In this document: piece after piece, positions 49,477 through 63,894 of the stretch
Numbering within the stretch: the stretch's first letter is position 1
Layout: the number at the start of each line of letters is the position of its first letter
Translations under genes and position numbers: made by a program
The notes under the pieces: generated by a model
What the model saw: only the letters and a program-made list of their open reading frames with translations
What the model was told of the DNA's origin: nothing
Databases searched by the model: none
Origin: Eledone cirrhosa
Lineage: Eukaryota
Length of the DNA stretch: 64,000 nt
Assembly: GCA_964016885.1 (NCBI GenBank)
Contig: CAXHJY010000522.1
Location: 1-64,000 of the forward strand
Direction: 5' to 3'

Positions 49477-52399
49477 ACATACACACATAATACGTACTGC
49501 TTTTAGGAGTAAAGATCAAAGCAATCCCAACACAACAATATGTACAAGATCTCTAACTTTTTATTGTATCCACAAAACTTATCTAAAGGTATAATGAGAC
49601 CTGTATAACATAGATGAAAATAGAAATAGCCTTATAATATACGAACAATTAAATAAAAGACTTATCTAAAGATATAATGAAACTTGTTTTATAATGTAGA
49701 TGAAAACAGAAACAACCTTATAATATACAAAGAATTATCCATGGAAAGAGGGAAACTGAAGATGAGAAGATAATTTTGAATGGCAACGTGGGCAATTTAG
49801 AATATCTTTGAAAATCATTGATTTAACAGATAGAAGAAAGACAGAGAAAAGGTGAGGGAGGAAGTGTTAATTTAAAGACAGAGGCAAACTTCAGATGAAA
49901 GTTTGTTAATGTCCAAGAAATATTTCACTTTCAACAAGCATTATTTTCAAAACATTTTGTAAATTCAAAAGTAATATAGATTTCCAACCTAAAAATATCA
50001 CAGAATTCAATTCTAAAACTAAAAAAAAAGTGCAAAACAAACAAACTAAAAAAAAGAGAGAGATGGATAAATAAATAAAATTCAAATTAAAAACAGAACA
50101 TGCAATAGAATTTGTCTGATGAGGAGGAGGTGAAGGAGGAGATGCATACATAAAGCAGGCCAATGACATTTTCAGAAAACCTTTATCTGACAAGATGCTA
50201 ATAGATAGTTAGTCAACATTCACTTTAGTTATTTTAGGAAAGAAGAATGTTTTTACTGAGAAATCATGTTAAGTGGAAAGATTTCTAGAATTTTCTTTAG
50301 TAGAATAATCAAAGAGATAGAATAAAATAAGGTAAAGCCAAGTCAGATGAAAGCATCACAATAGCTCAACTAGAGTTTATAAAAAAAAAACAGACAAAAT
50401 AAAAAAGAAAGATAGCAGAACAAGACATTCTAAAGAGGAGGAACCTATTTTACCATGTTTTATTTTTTTTTTTCCATTTATAAGTCTATAGATATGGTGC
50501 TTCAACGTTTGACATCCTTGGAAAACATACTTGAGCAGCTGTTTAGCTAAAACAACAAAAACACCTTGAAATGAGAAAATGGGTTTTAATGCTAAAAAAT
50601 AAATAAAAAAAGCAGTTTATAAAAGAAAAAAATAATGATGACATTCCTTAATAAATCTTTAAATAAAAACCCCATTAAGGACAAAATTAACATTTCTAAG
50701 GTGAAATTATCAACTATAGAAATGAAGAGACACTGATTAACTTTTAAAGTCCGATACCACATGAAACCACATTTGAAAGTAGAAATCTGCACTACGATTG
50801 CATTACATTAATTATTAATACTGCAAATTTATACAACAATCTGACAGCTAGTCAGAATACTATAAACTTTTGAATCAAAAAACCTGTTTTTAGATACTTT
50901 CTGTTAAACCATGACAGAATTACAATATTTCTACATAAAGGTTTTTAAAAAATCCCTCTTTTTTTAAAGAATAGTATGAGTAAAGGAGGGGAATAAGATT
51001 GTGTGGCAAGCATTCTTTGTTAAGGACATTAGCATATATGAGGAGTGGAAGAGAAAAAAAAAGTAAACAACTATTTTTAATTAAAATTGGTTTTTGGTTG
51101 GGATCTGTTAGAGCAATAGAATATTTATAATTCAGGAATTAAATGGTACATCACTGTGAGTCATAAGAGCTGCCTAAATGAGTTAGTACAAGGAAGGGTA
51201 TCCAGCTGTAAAACATTGCCTCAAAAAGGATTCCATGTCATGAAGCTCACATGACTAACACCTGCTTTGGCAAGGAAAATGGCCTTAAAATGCTCGTTGT
51301 TGTGTATTAATGGATCCTCAGACATATAACATTGTCAGAGATTCCCCAATTAAAACAACATGTTGACAGTAGGCTAATGTTAAAGGCTGAGATTTTGCAA
51401 AGTCATTGGTGCATTGGGTTAAAAACCTTGCAGTATTTGTACTGGCTATCTACACCCTGATTTCAAATCTCTTTCGAGGTCAACTTCACCTTTCCTCTTT
51501 CTGGGGTCGATAAAGTAAAGCACTTGTCTAGAACAGTGAAATGGCAGAATTGTTAGTGTGTCAGATATGATGTTTTGCATTCTGAGTTCACATTTTGCAA
51601 CCAGAATGAATGTGGAAAGCAATGGCAACCTATTGTGTTTACTCTAACACTTACCATCAAAGATATCCTCTTCATCTAAGTCTGACTGATACATCCCAAG
51701 GACACCATCAAAGACATCCTCTTCATGCAAGTCAATTTCAAGGATCCTCTACCTTTTTCAATAGAGAGGGAAGGGCAATGACCATGACCAATTTCAGGGC
51801 CTCAAAGTCTGGTGAAAGGAAGGTATCTTCAAACCAGAAACCTAGCCTGAATATTCATAATAAAATGAATACTGCCAAAGGTATCCAAGGTACAGGTGGT
51901 GGTGTTAAACTGGGCAACAGATTAAACTTACCAACCAAGTAGGTCACTGCAGGATTTGAAATCTAAACACATTGGGCAAGAACAAATATCACAAGGCAAC
52001 TCAATGAATGCTCTAACAATTCTGCTAATCCCTTAATTTTGACTGGTAATTTATTTTATTGCTCCAGGCAGGATTTGAATGCAAAGTTGATCTCTAAGAT
52101 ATACTTATAGTTGAACACATCACTGCAAAATATTGGAATAGTGACAGGATTTAGGAACAAAGTTGACCATTAAGATAAACCGGCTGAATGGAAAGAAATT
52201 CCCTATTTAAAATTCTTAATAACTCTATTCGATTTTCATAAAACATGTTTTATTTTGAACAGTACAATTGTAGAAGTACAGTACAATGTTAAACTTCTAC
52301 ATAGGCCCCCACCATTTTCCATCAATTGTCTGGGTATATCCTCGACTGACTTTATCAGGAACTCAGGCAGTATGCTGGTCAGTACATGATGAATGTGTT

Positions 52400-52670
52400 C
52401 CTCTAATTAAATCAGAGGTTTTGGTTTTGAGCTATAAACTTCTTTCACCCACCTCCTCAGAAAAACATCGCAAGCCTTTAAGTCAGAATTTCTTGCTGGC
52501 CAATTCATGTAGACCTCGCCAACCCAGACACCAAGCCACTTACAGACAGTGTGTGCAAAATGAAGAAGGGCCCCATCTTGCATGAATATAAGGTCATTGA
52601 TGTTGTCCCAAGTGGTGACAGTAGGCCAAAATTTACAAATAATTTTAAATAGGAAGTTTCTTTCCACCTA
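52400..52670 (-). pseudogene. Tc1/mariner transposase remnant
   Basis: FMQDGA..H...V..WL...WPARNSDLKACDVFL...VKEVY..KP resembles the QDGA..H and WP.RSPDL.P.D motifs. Confidence 0.75.
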
Positions 52671-52779
52671 CCCTATACTTATATTTGAACTCATCACTGC
52701 AATATTGTGGAATAATAAGCAAATTTTAGTACTTTTACTTATAGTGGTGAGTTGTTTCTATTCATAGTTTTCACTTTAA

Positions 52780-52986
52780 CCCTTTAGCATTTACATTACT
52801 CTATATTTATAATTGATTTTCACAGTAAATGCTTTATCTCACATTATTTTAAATCTATGAGATTTTGATATTATTTACTTTGAGAATAATACCTTAATAT
52901 AAGTATGAGCAGCTATTTACAGATGGTTTGAACAGAAAAAGGTGAGATAATTCTAGCTGGATATGGCCAGTTTAAATGCTAAAGGT
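52780..52986. mobile_element. piggyBac-like MITE
   Basis: TTAA|CCCTTTAGCATTTA ... TAAATGCTAAAGGT|TTAA. Confidence 0.65.
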
Positions 52987-53976
52987 TTAAGCCTGGAGTA
53001 GACCTAACACATTTGACAGTGAAGTGTGTTGGATATGGACACTATATGAAACACTGAACTAATTAATTCAGCAAGCAAACTTGAAACAGTGAACAATCCA
53101 TGTTGGCAGAATAATCAAAGAGATTTAGTATAAGTTAGATATAACAGTTCGATTATTGGTAGACATGCAGTCACTGTTCTGTGAAAACCAGTGGGGACTT
53201 GCTGAATAAATAGATGAAAGAGACAGTGTTAATGTAACAATGTCATTTTAATAAGAACGAGGACAACCTATTGTGATAATGACATTTACAATCTGAGGTT
53301 GAAAATGATTTATTACTGGCAACATTAACTTAATGAATTCATTCTACCAGATGATTATACACTAAATATAGTTGCTGGCATGGTTGAATAGTTAAGAAGT
53401 TTGGCTTGCTAACATGATGTCCCAGATTCAAACAAAATACACGGCATTTTCAGCAAGTATGTTTATCATAGCTTTGGCTCAACCCAAGCCTTATGGGAGA
53501 AATTGGATGGATAGATAGACATTATATGGCTAGTAATGTTACATACTGTCATAATGATTGACTTTGCTTGGGAATTATGGTAAGAAACACGTATCTGTGG
53601 AATACTCAACCACTTACATGTTAATTCCAGAGTTGAACGCTTAGTTAATCAAATAACTGAATGCTCATTAAATATGTGACATAACATAAAAAAAAACAAG
53701 AAATCGACTAAGGCTGGACCAGAAAATAAAGCAAGCAAATGAATACAGTAAACATATTGCAAACATACATTCCTCTATTTAGTTGAGAGTTTTGTTTAGA
53801 TTAAAGCAGCAACAGAAGGTAGAACACTCACAGAAAGTGTGACAGAAAATTCAACAATAAATCTATGGCTTGTCATTTCTGTATAACATCAAAGCAGGAA
53901 AGGAAGTGACATTAAGATACCATATATGTTGCAGACAGAATCTTCAAAGGAAGGTGTATATAGGAAACAGACATTG

Positions 53977-54013
<37 letters not shown>

Positions 54014-56223
54014 TATATACATACACTATACTGAAGGTAAATAAAGATTTTTATGTTGATAATATTTTTAGGTCAATGCAAATCCACAATCACCATCAAA
54101 TAAGATGAATCTTATTAGTGGCATGTATAATCCATAAATTTGGTTAAGAATCAGCTCTCCTATAAGCAAATTTGACAAGCTGTATAAATGTGGTAGTACA
54201 GAACATACATGTAACAATGCAACTAAGAGCAAAGACAAAGTTTTATTCGAAACATGTTTTTTTTTTTTAAATAAGAAAAATATAAACAAAATCATTCACT
54301 CAAAATCCATTAAATATATAATTAATATTTTTATATATTATAATCTGATTTGTGACTTAAGTATTTAATAATTATTTTGTATTATCAGAGAAAACTAAAA
54401 ATGATCCCTATTGTAAGAAGCAAGGCTGTTATGACTCATCATTATAACAACAACCACAGGACAACACAACATTATTAATACAACCTTAATAGCTGCATTT
54501 TAAATGACTATTGTGTTTAATATCAACAAAAGAAGAAAATAGAAAATCAGCTTCTATGCATAACTTTCAAAATAAAATAAAATAAAAAATAAAAATAAAT
54601 ATTCAAATGGATATTAGAAGTTGTATTAAAAGTGGTATAGTCCCATAATTCCTGATGGAGTTGTAGGGGTGCTGTATTGACATACAGCATTTCTTGGACA
54701 TTTTAAGCCTGGTTGACCCCATGCGCCTCCACACCAGAGTACACCAGATTTTTTCCAGAGAAGGATTTAGAGTGAGAGAATAGAAGTGAGAAGGAGATAT
54801 AGCGGGTGAATAGACCGCAGTACTAGAGTGGTACTTTATTTTATCAACCTCAAACAGATGAAAAGCAACATTGACTTTTGCATGATTTGAACTCAAAGAG
54901 CAGAGAGCTGGAACGAATACCACAAAGCATTCTATCCAAAGTTCTAATGACTCAATTTCCACCCTATAATATATGAATATATTAGTAAAACAGGAAGTAA
55001 ACACTGCCAGTGTTTAGAAAGAGTAACTTTATTCAATTAAGAATCTGAAATATTACAAGCGCTATTAAAAATTATGGATATCTCAGAATATATATAAAGT
55101 GTAAGAAAACATTTTAAAATATATAGGCTGGAAGGGTAAAGAAGAATTGGATTCAAATTATATTTTCAGGTTAGACACTAAACGATAAATATGATTATTT
55201 GAGACTAGATACTAAATGATGAAAGATAACACGTTTACCAAAAGAAGGAGAAGTAGAGTTTAGATGTTTGAATGTCATTTTAAAAGGATTGGAAAGGTGA
55301 GATATTCTAAATTGCACAGCAATGGCTAGAAGGACAGAAGACATTGAGACTCAGTATTGAGATATAACTGGGGTGATATATAAGGGAGTATGTATAATTA
55401 AAGAACAGGCAGGAATTTTAACAAGATTTCAGGTTAAACCAGGAGTCAAGAACCTTTTCAATTCGAAGAGCTATTTTTAGTTAAAAAAAAAAAATAGTTG
55501 AGACAATTAGAGCCGCATAATTTATTATAAACAAAAATACACGAATTTCGTAAACGTGTTTTTACTCATGTCATTTTTTTCAGTGAATCCTATCTGAAAT
55601 TGTTTTGATGTCCAGGTAATAATAAATAAATAAATGAATACGATACAATAAAATAAAAATTTCAGAATGCCCAAGAGCCACCTGTGATAGCCTAAAGAGA
55701 CACATGCACCTCTGGAGCTGCTGGGTCCAACCCTGGGGTGAGAAATAAGTTTAATTCTTAACATCCTGTAACTATTTAGTAGAAAAATCTTAAAAACGGG
55801 TTCTTTTAATTTAAATATTCATAGTATCTTTATTGATAGACTTCATAGTGAAATTTGTAGCATTGGAGTTCAATTTTTTATATAATGTGATCATAGAGGT
55901 ATTTTGTAATTTCTAGAATGTCTTGCTGAGTTTTCATGTGGTACAGGATGTTAAGATTTAAGTCTACTATATAAATTGAACTAGCCAAAGAGTATGAGAA
56001 TGTGTTGATTTGGTTGTTGTCATCTGTAAGATGAGAGATACATTATACACTTCAGGTGACTTTAAGTTAAGACTGTAAAAGATGGAGGGGAGGAGCAGAC
56101 AAGATACAGAGGGATCTCTGTATGTATTGGTTGTTCAAATTAATTTGCTGTGTAATCTGAATTCAACTGACTTGGTAAAATATTAGTCGGAAACAATAAT
56201 AGAAATGCCTTAAATAGCATATA

Positions 56224-56825
56224 CTAGCAGAATGGCCCGGCGTTGCTTGGGATTTGCTCTAGGGTTCTTATATATTTGATATATATTTATCCTTATCGAG
56301 CCTCGTGAAATAAATACGTTTGTTTATATTTTGTTATTGTGTATGCAAAAATATCTGTACATGAATATATAATGTGATGTGTTGTTTCCTTGAGCAAGAG
56401 ACTTTATTTCACATTGCTCCAGTTTACTCAGCTGTAGAAATGAGATGATAGGGACTGGGGTCTCTATCATTCCACTGTAAAGTGGTCGTGGAGGTGCCAC
56501 AGCAAAAAAGCACCCACCACTCACTGTAAATGAGTTTGGTGTTAGGAAGGGCATCCAGCTGTAGAAATCAAGCCAGAATCAGTTCCCGTCCCACCCTTGC
56601 AAGCAGGGAAAAGTGGACGTAAAATGAAATGATGATGATGATGATAACAGTACAGAGAAGTACGGAATACCTGGCCTTGGGATGGTGTCTACATTTTGTG
56701 CTTATAAAAAAAATTTGTCATAGATTACCAGGGTTTTTTTCCGTGTGAAGAAAATCAATACTTTTGCGCGAAATAAATACTTTTGTTTATATATTGTTAT
56801 TGTGTATGCAAAAATATCTGTACAC

Positions 56826-56902
<77 letters not shown>

Positions 56903-57344
56903 TAACAGATTAAAGTTTAAGCAAAGAATCGCTGCTTTCACCCTTAACGAGATCTTCTGAAACTAAAATAAAAAAATCAATCTGTGAACGCAGAAGTAAA
57001 TATTTCGAAAAACGTTACACACTATATATATATATATACACACACTATATATACATATACACACACACAGCTATGTCATAATGCAGACAGTCAGGCATAC
57101 AGACAGATATTATAAGGGCGCAACATTATATCTATGTATCTATCTAAAAAGAGAAAGACTAAGAATTATAGAGAGAGATCGCTAAATCGCCTAATGCGGT
57201 CCCTAGGGCATTGAAAATTTGAAATTTTCTTTGCTCAAAACCATAAGTATTACATGTGTAAAGTTTGAAAACAATCGGTTGGGTGGTTCTCGAATTTTAG
57301 TGATTGGACAAACAGACAGACATTCTCTGTTTTCGATATATAGA
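56224..57344 (-). mobile_element. Non-autonomous Helitron
   Basis: Minus strand starts TC and ends CTAG, has a subterminal GC-rich imperfect hairpin (56236-56251) and sits between A and T. Confidence 0.7.
56373..56646 (+). mobile_element. 5'-truncated SINE nested in the Helitron
   Basis: Similar to 49168-49476, with a (TGA)n tail. Confidence 0.85.
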
Positions 57345-57639
57345 TTTACATAGTGAACAACCAATATATACATAGGTACTTATTTACTCACACACACATA
57401 TATATGTGTGAGTATGTATTTATTAACAACAAAAACATTTAATGTCCACTTTCCTAGCTTGAAAGGGTTGGATGGGTCTACATAAACCAAGTCAGTACTG
57501 AAGTGGGGGTACTGATCTCCAGACAGGCCAAGGGGTCTGTATCCAGCTTACATACAATTGTATCGAGTGTGAAGAAGCTGTCATGTCTTTTGACACAAAC
57601 TGGAGGATCCTCCCAACCCCTTGTTTGGCAAGCTTTCTA

Positions 57640-58160
57640 CAGCTCTATCGCCCAAAAGATGAAGCTCCATATCTACAACACATCACTCCTCTCTGTCCTC
57701 ATCCATGGAGCTGAAACATGGTCCCCCACAGAGACCCTGGCAAAGATAATTGACAACTTCAATAGCAGAGCCCTGAGTACCATTGAGAACATCAGAGGGT
57801 ACCACCACATTTCCAACAAAGAGTGGCTTGTATGCACGCATCAGCCCACAGCCTCCTGCCTCATAATCATCCACGGCATATGCTGGTACAAACATGTCCT
57901 CTGCTTGCTACCGGGTCATCATACCAGGACCTTACTCTTGTTTGACGCAGCAGCTACAACCTGGAAGAGGTCCTGTGCCAGAGGCCCTTCACCAAATGGC
58001 TGGAATTTATTAAGGAAGATCTCCAGAGACTTGACGTCACCATGGAGGATGTAGAGGGGCTGGCAGTGATGGAAGGCACTGTTGGACTTGGTTGGCTCTA
58101 CACTAATGCCACTGGGATCACTGACCTAGAATAACCCCAGTCCCATCAAGCAAGAAGAAA
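57640..58160 (+). pseudogene. Old RTE-like LINE 3' fragment
   Basis: KLHIYNTSLLSVLIHGAETW...WYKHVL, a degenerate RTE C-terminus. Confidence 0.7.
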
Positions 58161-58534
58161 CATTTATTAAATTCAACAGAAATATTAATATTGCAGATAA
58201 TAAAATAGAAAGACTTCAAAAAAACAAACAATGAATGTAACCTCTTGTAAAATATATATATATATATATATATGGAATAGAATGAAATGAAATTTCATTT
58301 CTCACTCTTAGTACGGCACTTACTTAAATGTAAGTATGTATACGTACATACATATATGTATACAGACGTACAGTAGTATGTATATATATACATACATGCA
58401 CACATATATATATGCACGTATCGGTTTACCAAACATTTATTATAATGCTCTGTTTGTAAACAAACAAACAGCCGAATTACGCCATACAGTGTTTAGGCAA
58501 CCACGTCACCTTTTTGTTCAACGCTGACACAGGA

Positions 58535-58577
58535 ACGATGTACTAGTTTCAAGCTTATTAGCTATCATCAGCATCGT
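58535..58577 (-). ncRNA. Minimal type I hammerhead ribozyme
   Basis: ACGATG-CTGATGA-TAGCTAATAAGCTT-GAAA-CTAG-TA-CATCGT on the minus strand. Confidence 0.88.
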
Positions 58578-58880
58578 ATACCTTCCTGTCAGATGGCTGA
58601 ACGTCTGAAAGTATATACTTTCCTTATGCATATTAACGGCTGAGCAGCCTAATTTGCATATTGAGTGAGTTCAGTTGGCCGGGCACACCGAAAACGATAA
58701 ATGGAATAGAATGTAGTATGTATATATATACATACATGCACACATATATATATGCACGTATCGGTTTACCGGTTTACCGAACATTTATTATAATGCTTGG
58801 TTTGTTTGTTTGTAAACAAACAAACAGCCCGAATTACGCCGTACAGTGTTCAGACGTTCAACCATCTGGCAGGAAGATAT

Positions 58881-58923
58881 ACGATGCTGATGATAGCTAA
58901 TAAGCTTGAAACTAGTACATCGT
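58881..58923 (+). ncRNA. Minimal type I hammerhead ribozyme
   Basis: Same motif as 58535-58577, on the plus strand. Confidence 0.88.
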
Positions 58924-59121
58924 TCCTGTGTCAGTGTTGAACAAAAAGGTGACGTGATTGCCTAAACACTGTACGGCGTAATTCGGGCTGTTTGTTTACA
59001 AACAAACAAACCGAGCATTATAATAAATGTTCGGTAAACCGATACGTGCATATATATATGTGCGCATGTATGCATATATATACATACTACTGTACGTCTG
59101 TATACATATATGTATGTACGT

Positions 59122-59170
<49 letters not shown>

Positions 59171-59172
<2 letters not shown>

Positions 59173-59510
59173 GCCTTGCTATGAATTATAGAAGTGAATT
59201 TCACCACTGGTCTTTATAACCTAGGGAGAGCACTGTAACAGCTGTTTCTGGTTCATTAACCATCTTCAGTGGGGATAACTCCACTTGGGTGCTAAGACGA
59301 AAATCAGCTAAAAGTTTATAGTACTTATGCTTATGAACATCAAGAGATGAACCTCATTTGCATACAGGGCAAAAGCTGGCAGGCTCTAATTAGTGAGAGG
59401 TAGTGATGCTCTGGCATAGCATGTTTGATACATGATTGAGGATGTATACTGAATCATTTGCTAAAGACCAGTGGTGAAATTCACCAATGCTAAAATTCAT
59501 AGCAAAGCTA
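59171..59510. mobile_element. MITE with ~46-bp imperfect TIRs
   Basis: TAGCCTTGCTATGAATT..GTGAATTTCACCACTGGTCTTTA versus TAAAGACCAGTGGTGAAATTCAC..AATTCATAGCAAAGCTA, with TA flanks. Confidence 0.75.
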
Positions 59511-61049
59511 TAAAAATGTTTATTTACATGAACATTTCATATACGATTCAATATACAACCCCAGTCAAGTACCAATCATGCAATGTCAGAGAATCACCAC
59601 CTCTCATCGCACACATGCACATATATACATATATATATATATATATATACATTATAGAGGTAATCAATACTGCATAAATAGGTGTATAAATTTACATAAA
59701 TTTATTCAAGGTATTTATCTTTTTTTCTTCAATTGACAAGGAAAAAACGTATATTTAGCATATTACATGTCTATTTACAAAAAATGTGTAAATTTATATA
59801 TAGATTTACACAGTCTTTGTTAGCTCTATTCTTTGTGTATACAGATATAACGGTATAAAATCTTTGGTCTAGATTCAAAATTTTAGCTGTTAACATAACT
59901 AATATTTTAATATCTGTACATCAAAGTAAATATACATTGAAAATATTGAAGTTTGCAAGGGGAAAAACCATATAACCTCAGTTTCAGACAACAGATTAAG
60001 TTAAGGAAAATATGGTTTATGCATTTAGGTGTATAATATAGAAATGTTCGTTTGGTATACAGCAGGATATTAGTTTATGATTTGGAATCTGTGTGAAAAG
60101 TAGGTTAGCAGGATAAAGCGTTAACATAATTCTATGTTATTCTTTAACATTTTGTATACAAACTACCTGAACCGGACTCTGGTTCTATGATACAAAACTA
60201 TTTTAAAGTGTCTATCATTATCATTATTTAATATTAAGTAATGTTCAAACATCAGCTTAATCCTTTCGTTACTTCATTTCTAATAAAATGCACCTGCTTA
60301 TATGTTTCAAAAAGTTTGGAAAATAATAAAATATTTGGAGGAATTTAATAAAACAACCAGTTGTTTCATTAATAAGCCGATATTTCGAACAATACTTTAA
60401 AAATTCTTTGATTATAATTTTATTTAAGTATAAAGTTTTGTATCATAAATCCAAACTGGTTTCTATTAGGCAGTCTGATATCAAAATGACTAATAATGGG
60501 AAAGTCAGTTATATTTACTAAACATATCTAAATTCTTGATTATTTTCAAAATGATTTGAAAACTAGAGGCTGATTCTTTCATTATAAATATGGTAATGAA
60601 AGATTACTCTACCAATGCTGTTTCAAGTACTCAGGTCCTAGCTCTACAAACTATTGAACAGAAATATTACAAACTAGCAGGTATTTATCTAAAAGGACAA
60701 CTTGTAAATTATATTGGTTGCTATGGAAATATAGTTAATTACTAGATTAGCAACATTAGAAGAGTGATTACCAAACAGCTTATACTGAGGGTTTTTTCTT
60801 TCAGATTAAGTAGAATAGTTTTAAAACGTTAATAGTAAGCAAAACCACACAAAACACACATTCAGATAAACTTAGATACACACATACATTCACACAAACA
60901 AATACATACATGTGCACATATTAACACAAATAAACAAATCTATACAGTCACACACATGCAAATACACATACACAGAGAGCCAGAGCTGGTCACATTTTTA
61001 TGGGACATAGGAATGGAATTTAGTAAAGATAAATATTCATAGTTGGTAA

Positions 61050-62330
61050 TCAATTGAGTAAAAATTGTAGACCAGACAAGGAATGTGGATATCAATGGCC
61101 TGATGACTATTTCCAGTAATGATATGCTACAGTTATCTTGAAATTGATGAGAATGTTGCTTACTGTGTCAGTTCTGTGAAAGAAGAAAAAATGACCGAGG
61201 AATTTTTCAGCAGACTTCAAAATGTATGGAAGTCAGAGAAGTCCATATTCAGTAAAACCATATCCTATTGTGCTTTTGCAATACCAGTATCTGGGTTACT
61301 AGACTAGACTTAAGATCTACCCCTTGAATTAAGAAGATCCATACCACAAGTAGTAACTTCCACATCAACTGACAGAGTCTATGTTAGAGGGATGGTGGCA
61401 GAGACATAAGATAACAGCCTTTAACTGCCACATCTTATCACACTGATTTACAAGGAGAAATTACTCCATCACATGTACTGAACAGTGAAAATAATATTTT
61501 TGAGAGTAAGTGAAAGACTCTTGAATAGGTATTCTAAGTCTACAACTGTTCCATCTGACCCAAAGGTAGCTAACTGACTTTGAAAACTTAGAGAAGCACT
61601 CATTCATCATTCCAGCAGAAAATAATGCATGAGTATTTAACTTGAAAACTAGAGGATATCTAGTAGCTGTTCCTGGATCTGTGATGGATGCATCACATCC
61701 CACCCAGAAGGATGTGCTTTTGATATCCAGGATCAAGAAATAGCTACTAAATACCTGATTAATAAGAGAGACAAGGATGCCTCCAAACTTCCACATTGTG
61801 ATTGTGCCGTATCAATGTTGAAAATATGAATGGAGAGATACATGACATTGTTTCCAAAACCATTTACAAGGAAGGAAGGGTTGCTCTGACAGTCATGCCA
61901 AAACCACCCCTGAACCAGAATGTATCCATACCTTTAAAAGTATAGAATATTGGTGGAAAGTCCCAATAAAAACAGTAGCCCAATGCAAATGCAACAAATC
62001 TGATATTGTTCTATACGACAGGGAATAAAAGTTATGCACTGTTGTAAAGGTTAGCTGTCCAATAGATATGTATGTCTTGTCTATATTTGTGGAAAAAGAG
62101 TATATCTATGGTGAATTAATGAAGAATCTACAACTCTTGTATCCTGATTATAGATATTCATTTATATCTATTTGTATGCATTATCATTGGTGTATTGGAC
62201 TTTGTAACCTCATATTTGCATAAAAGTCTAAATATTCTGAGTTGTTTCAAGAAGGACCAAAACAAACTGATTCATATGCTCCAAATCCAATCGATTAGAA
62301 TTACAGTGAAGATTTGCAAGACAGTACAAA
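61050..62330 (+). pseudogene. Degenerate RLE-type (R4-like) LINE remnant
   Basis: Fragmentary HD.V.K.IY (~61840), YWW.VPIKT (~61950) and NK.DIVL.D (~61995), typical of the zinc knuckle / restriction-like endonuclease end. Many stops. Confidence 0.5.
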
Positions 62331-63058
62331 GATTCTCCATTTGAGCTTTCTGGAAATGAACATATGTACACTATCACACGTACATAGGACATACACACAC
62401 ACACATACACTCCCACAATGAGTGATTAAGTACATGCATTCAGGCACTAAAAAGATATGTACACCTATTATGTGATTTATGTGAGTGCAAGTATATCCAA
62501 GCAATGCCTACATGTATGCACACATTAACTGACATATTTCACAAATCACTGGGCCTGTGATTTATGAATGCATTGTTCATAATTAGTTTGAATTCTAAAG
62601 AAAAAAGAACTTAAATAAATTTCAAAGAAACAGACCATGTATTTCTTTGTGCATAATGTGCTTGAGTGTAATATAATATGAATCCTGCTTATGGAGCTAA
62701 ATATATGAGAGCAAAGTGTAATATGACCTTGGAGTACAGCTATATCTTCATAAATTCCTTTGTAAACTTGTACCATGTTTCCCATCAACATTCATTTTCT
62801 TATTACATTAAAGAATGTAAAACAACGGGAAGTTTAGTATTTTGTAAACAATTTTTATCAACTTATATCTGCAATCTTACCTTTTGAAATTAGTAATTTT
62901 AAGTTCAGTAAAACATTTTTGAAAGGTGTCTTCATGTATAATACAACCCCAACATATTTGCTCTTAATTTTAGTTCAAAATTTTGCATATTATGCAAGAG
63001 AAAATGCAGTACACATATACACACACAGAAACACTGAGTAAGATAATAATAAACTTAC

Positions 63059-63201
63059 AGCTATAACGCATTTTTTGCTTAGCCATTCCTGTCTGTGCCA
63101 ATCTATACCATTGGAACATCTCCCGACAGCAGAGCACCAATTGCAGGAGAAGTTACTTTGTTGATTGAAGCATGTATTACAATCTTCAGCTAAATTACAA
63201 G
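63059..63201 (-). CDS. PLXDC2: Plexin-domain-containing protein exon (PSI domain)
   Basis: 143-bp exon bounded by polypyrimidine-AG and GTAAGT. Encodes CNLAEDCNTCFNQQSNFSCNWCSAVGRCSNGIDWHRQEWLSKKC, matching the PLXDC1/2 PSI pattern. Confidence 0.9.
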
Positions 63202-63801
63202 CTGGGGAAAAAAGAAAACAGAAATGTCATTTAGTAAATTCAAAAACTACTTTTAATCAAAACTAAGGGGCAATAAGGAAATTATCTAAAAAACAAAACA
63301 TCAAACATTTCAAAGCCACCGACCCTGCAAAAGCAGGAGTTATCATTGTGGGCCCCATGACAAGCTTGCCTATTTTTTCCTATCATCTGCATCCACTTCA
63401 TTAATGCCCTGATTTTCATTTCCTCCTTCAACATCTTTAGCAATGTCTTCCTTGATCTTTCCTTCCTCTACTTCCTACCACATAAATTTATATCACTCCT
63501 CTCAGCCAGTCACAGTCATTCTTTCTCAACACATGACCTCACCAACTTATTCCATTTCTCTTCACAACATTCAGCACTGGCCTTATTCCCATCATACTCT
63601 ACAATTAACTGCTTGTTTCTCCTCTCTGAGTCATACTCCACTCAGCCACTAGACCATTCTCATTTTCATTCTTTCCAGAGTAAAAGATACACTAGAGTTA
63701 CAAGGATGTCATACAAATCAAAGGGAGGAGATTAAGCTAGCTCACATAAAATCTGAAACTATACAAAACAAAGAGTTAAAGAAAATCATTAATAGACTTA
63801 C

Positions 63802-63894
63802 TTGGAAGTGGAGAAAGTATCACAACTGTTCTTTGTCGGATTTTTGTCTTGTCAATTGTTACTCTGTGGTACTCATAAATTATTCGAACTATAC
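63802..63894 (-). CDS. PLXDC2: Plexin-domain-containing protein exon
   Basis: 93-bp AG/GTAAGT exon encoding IVRIIYEYHRVTIDKTKIRQRTVVILSPLP. Its phase-1 junction splices in frame to give PLP-T-C, as in PLXDC proteins. Confidence 0.9.

Larger units (their letters stand above)
58272..59135. mobile_element. Retrozyme-like insertion with inversion (minus 58272-58850, plus 58849-59135)
   Basis: Diverged member of the 27441 family with a 429-bp period, back-to-back arms and (TA)n flanks. Confidence 0.8.

Noticed and set aside
51648-51760. Possible minus-strand exon (acidic repeat followed by GTAAGT)
   Set aside because: A short local duplication with no good acceptor and no PLXDC similarity.
51430-54960. 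Scattered old SINE fragments (~51450-51600, ~52020-52100, ~54820-54960)
   Set aside because: Probably real but too degenerate to delimit or classify.
59200-59210. CAGTGGTGAA match between the MITE TIR and the PLE terminal motif
   Set aside because: Only 10 bp, without the upstream ACATTG part. Probably chance.
60140-60610. Nested degenerate inverted repeats resembling MITEs
   Set aside because: Too decayed to define ends or TSDs by eye.
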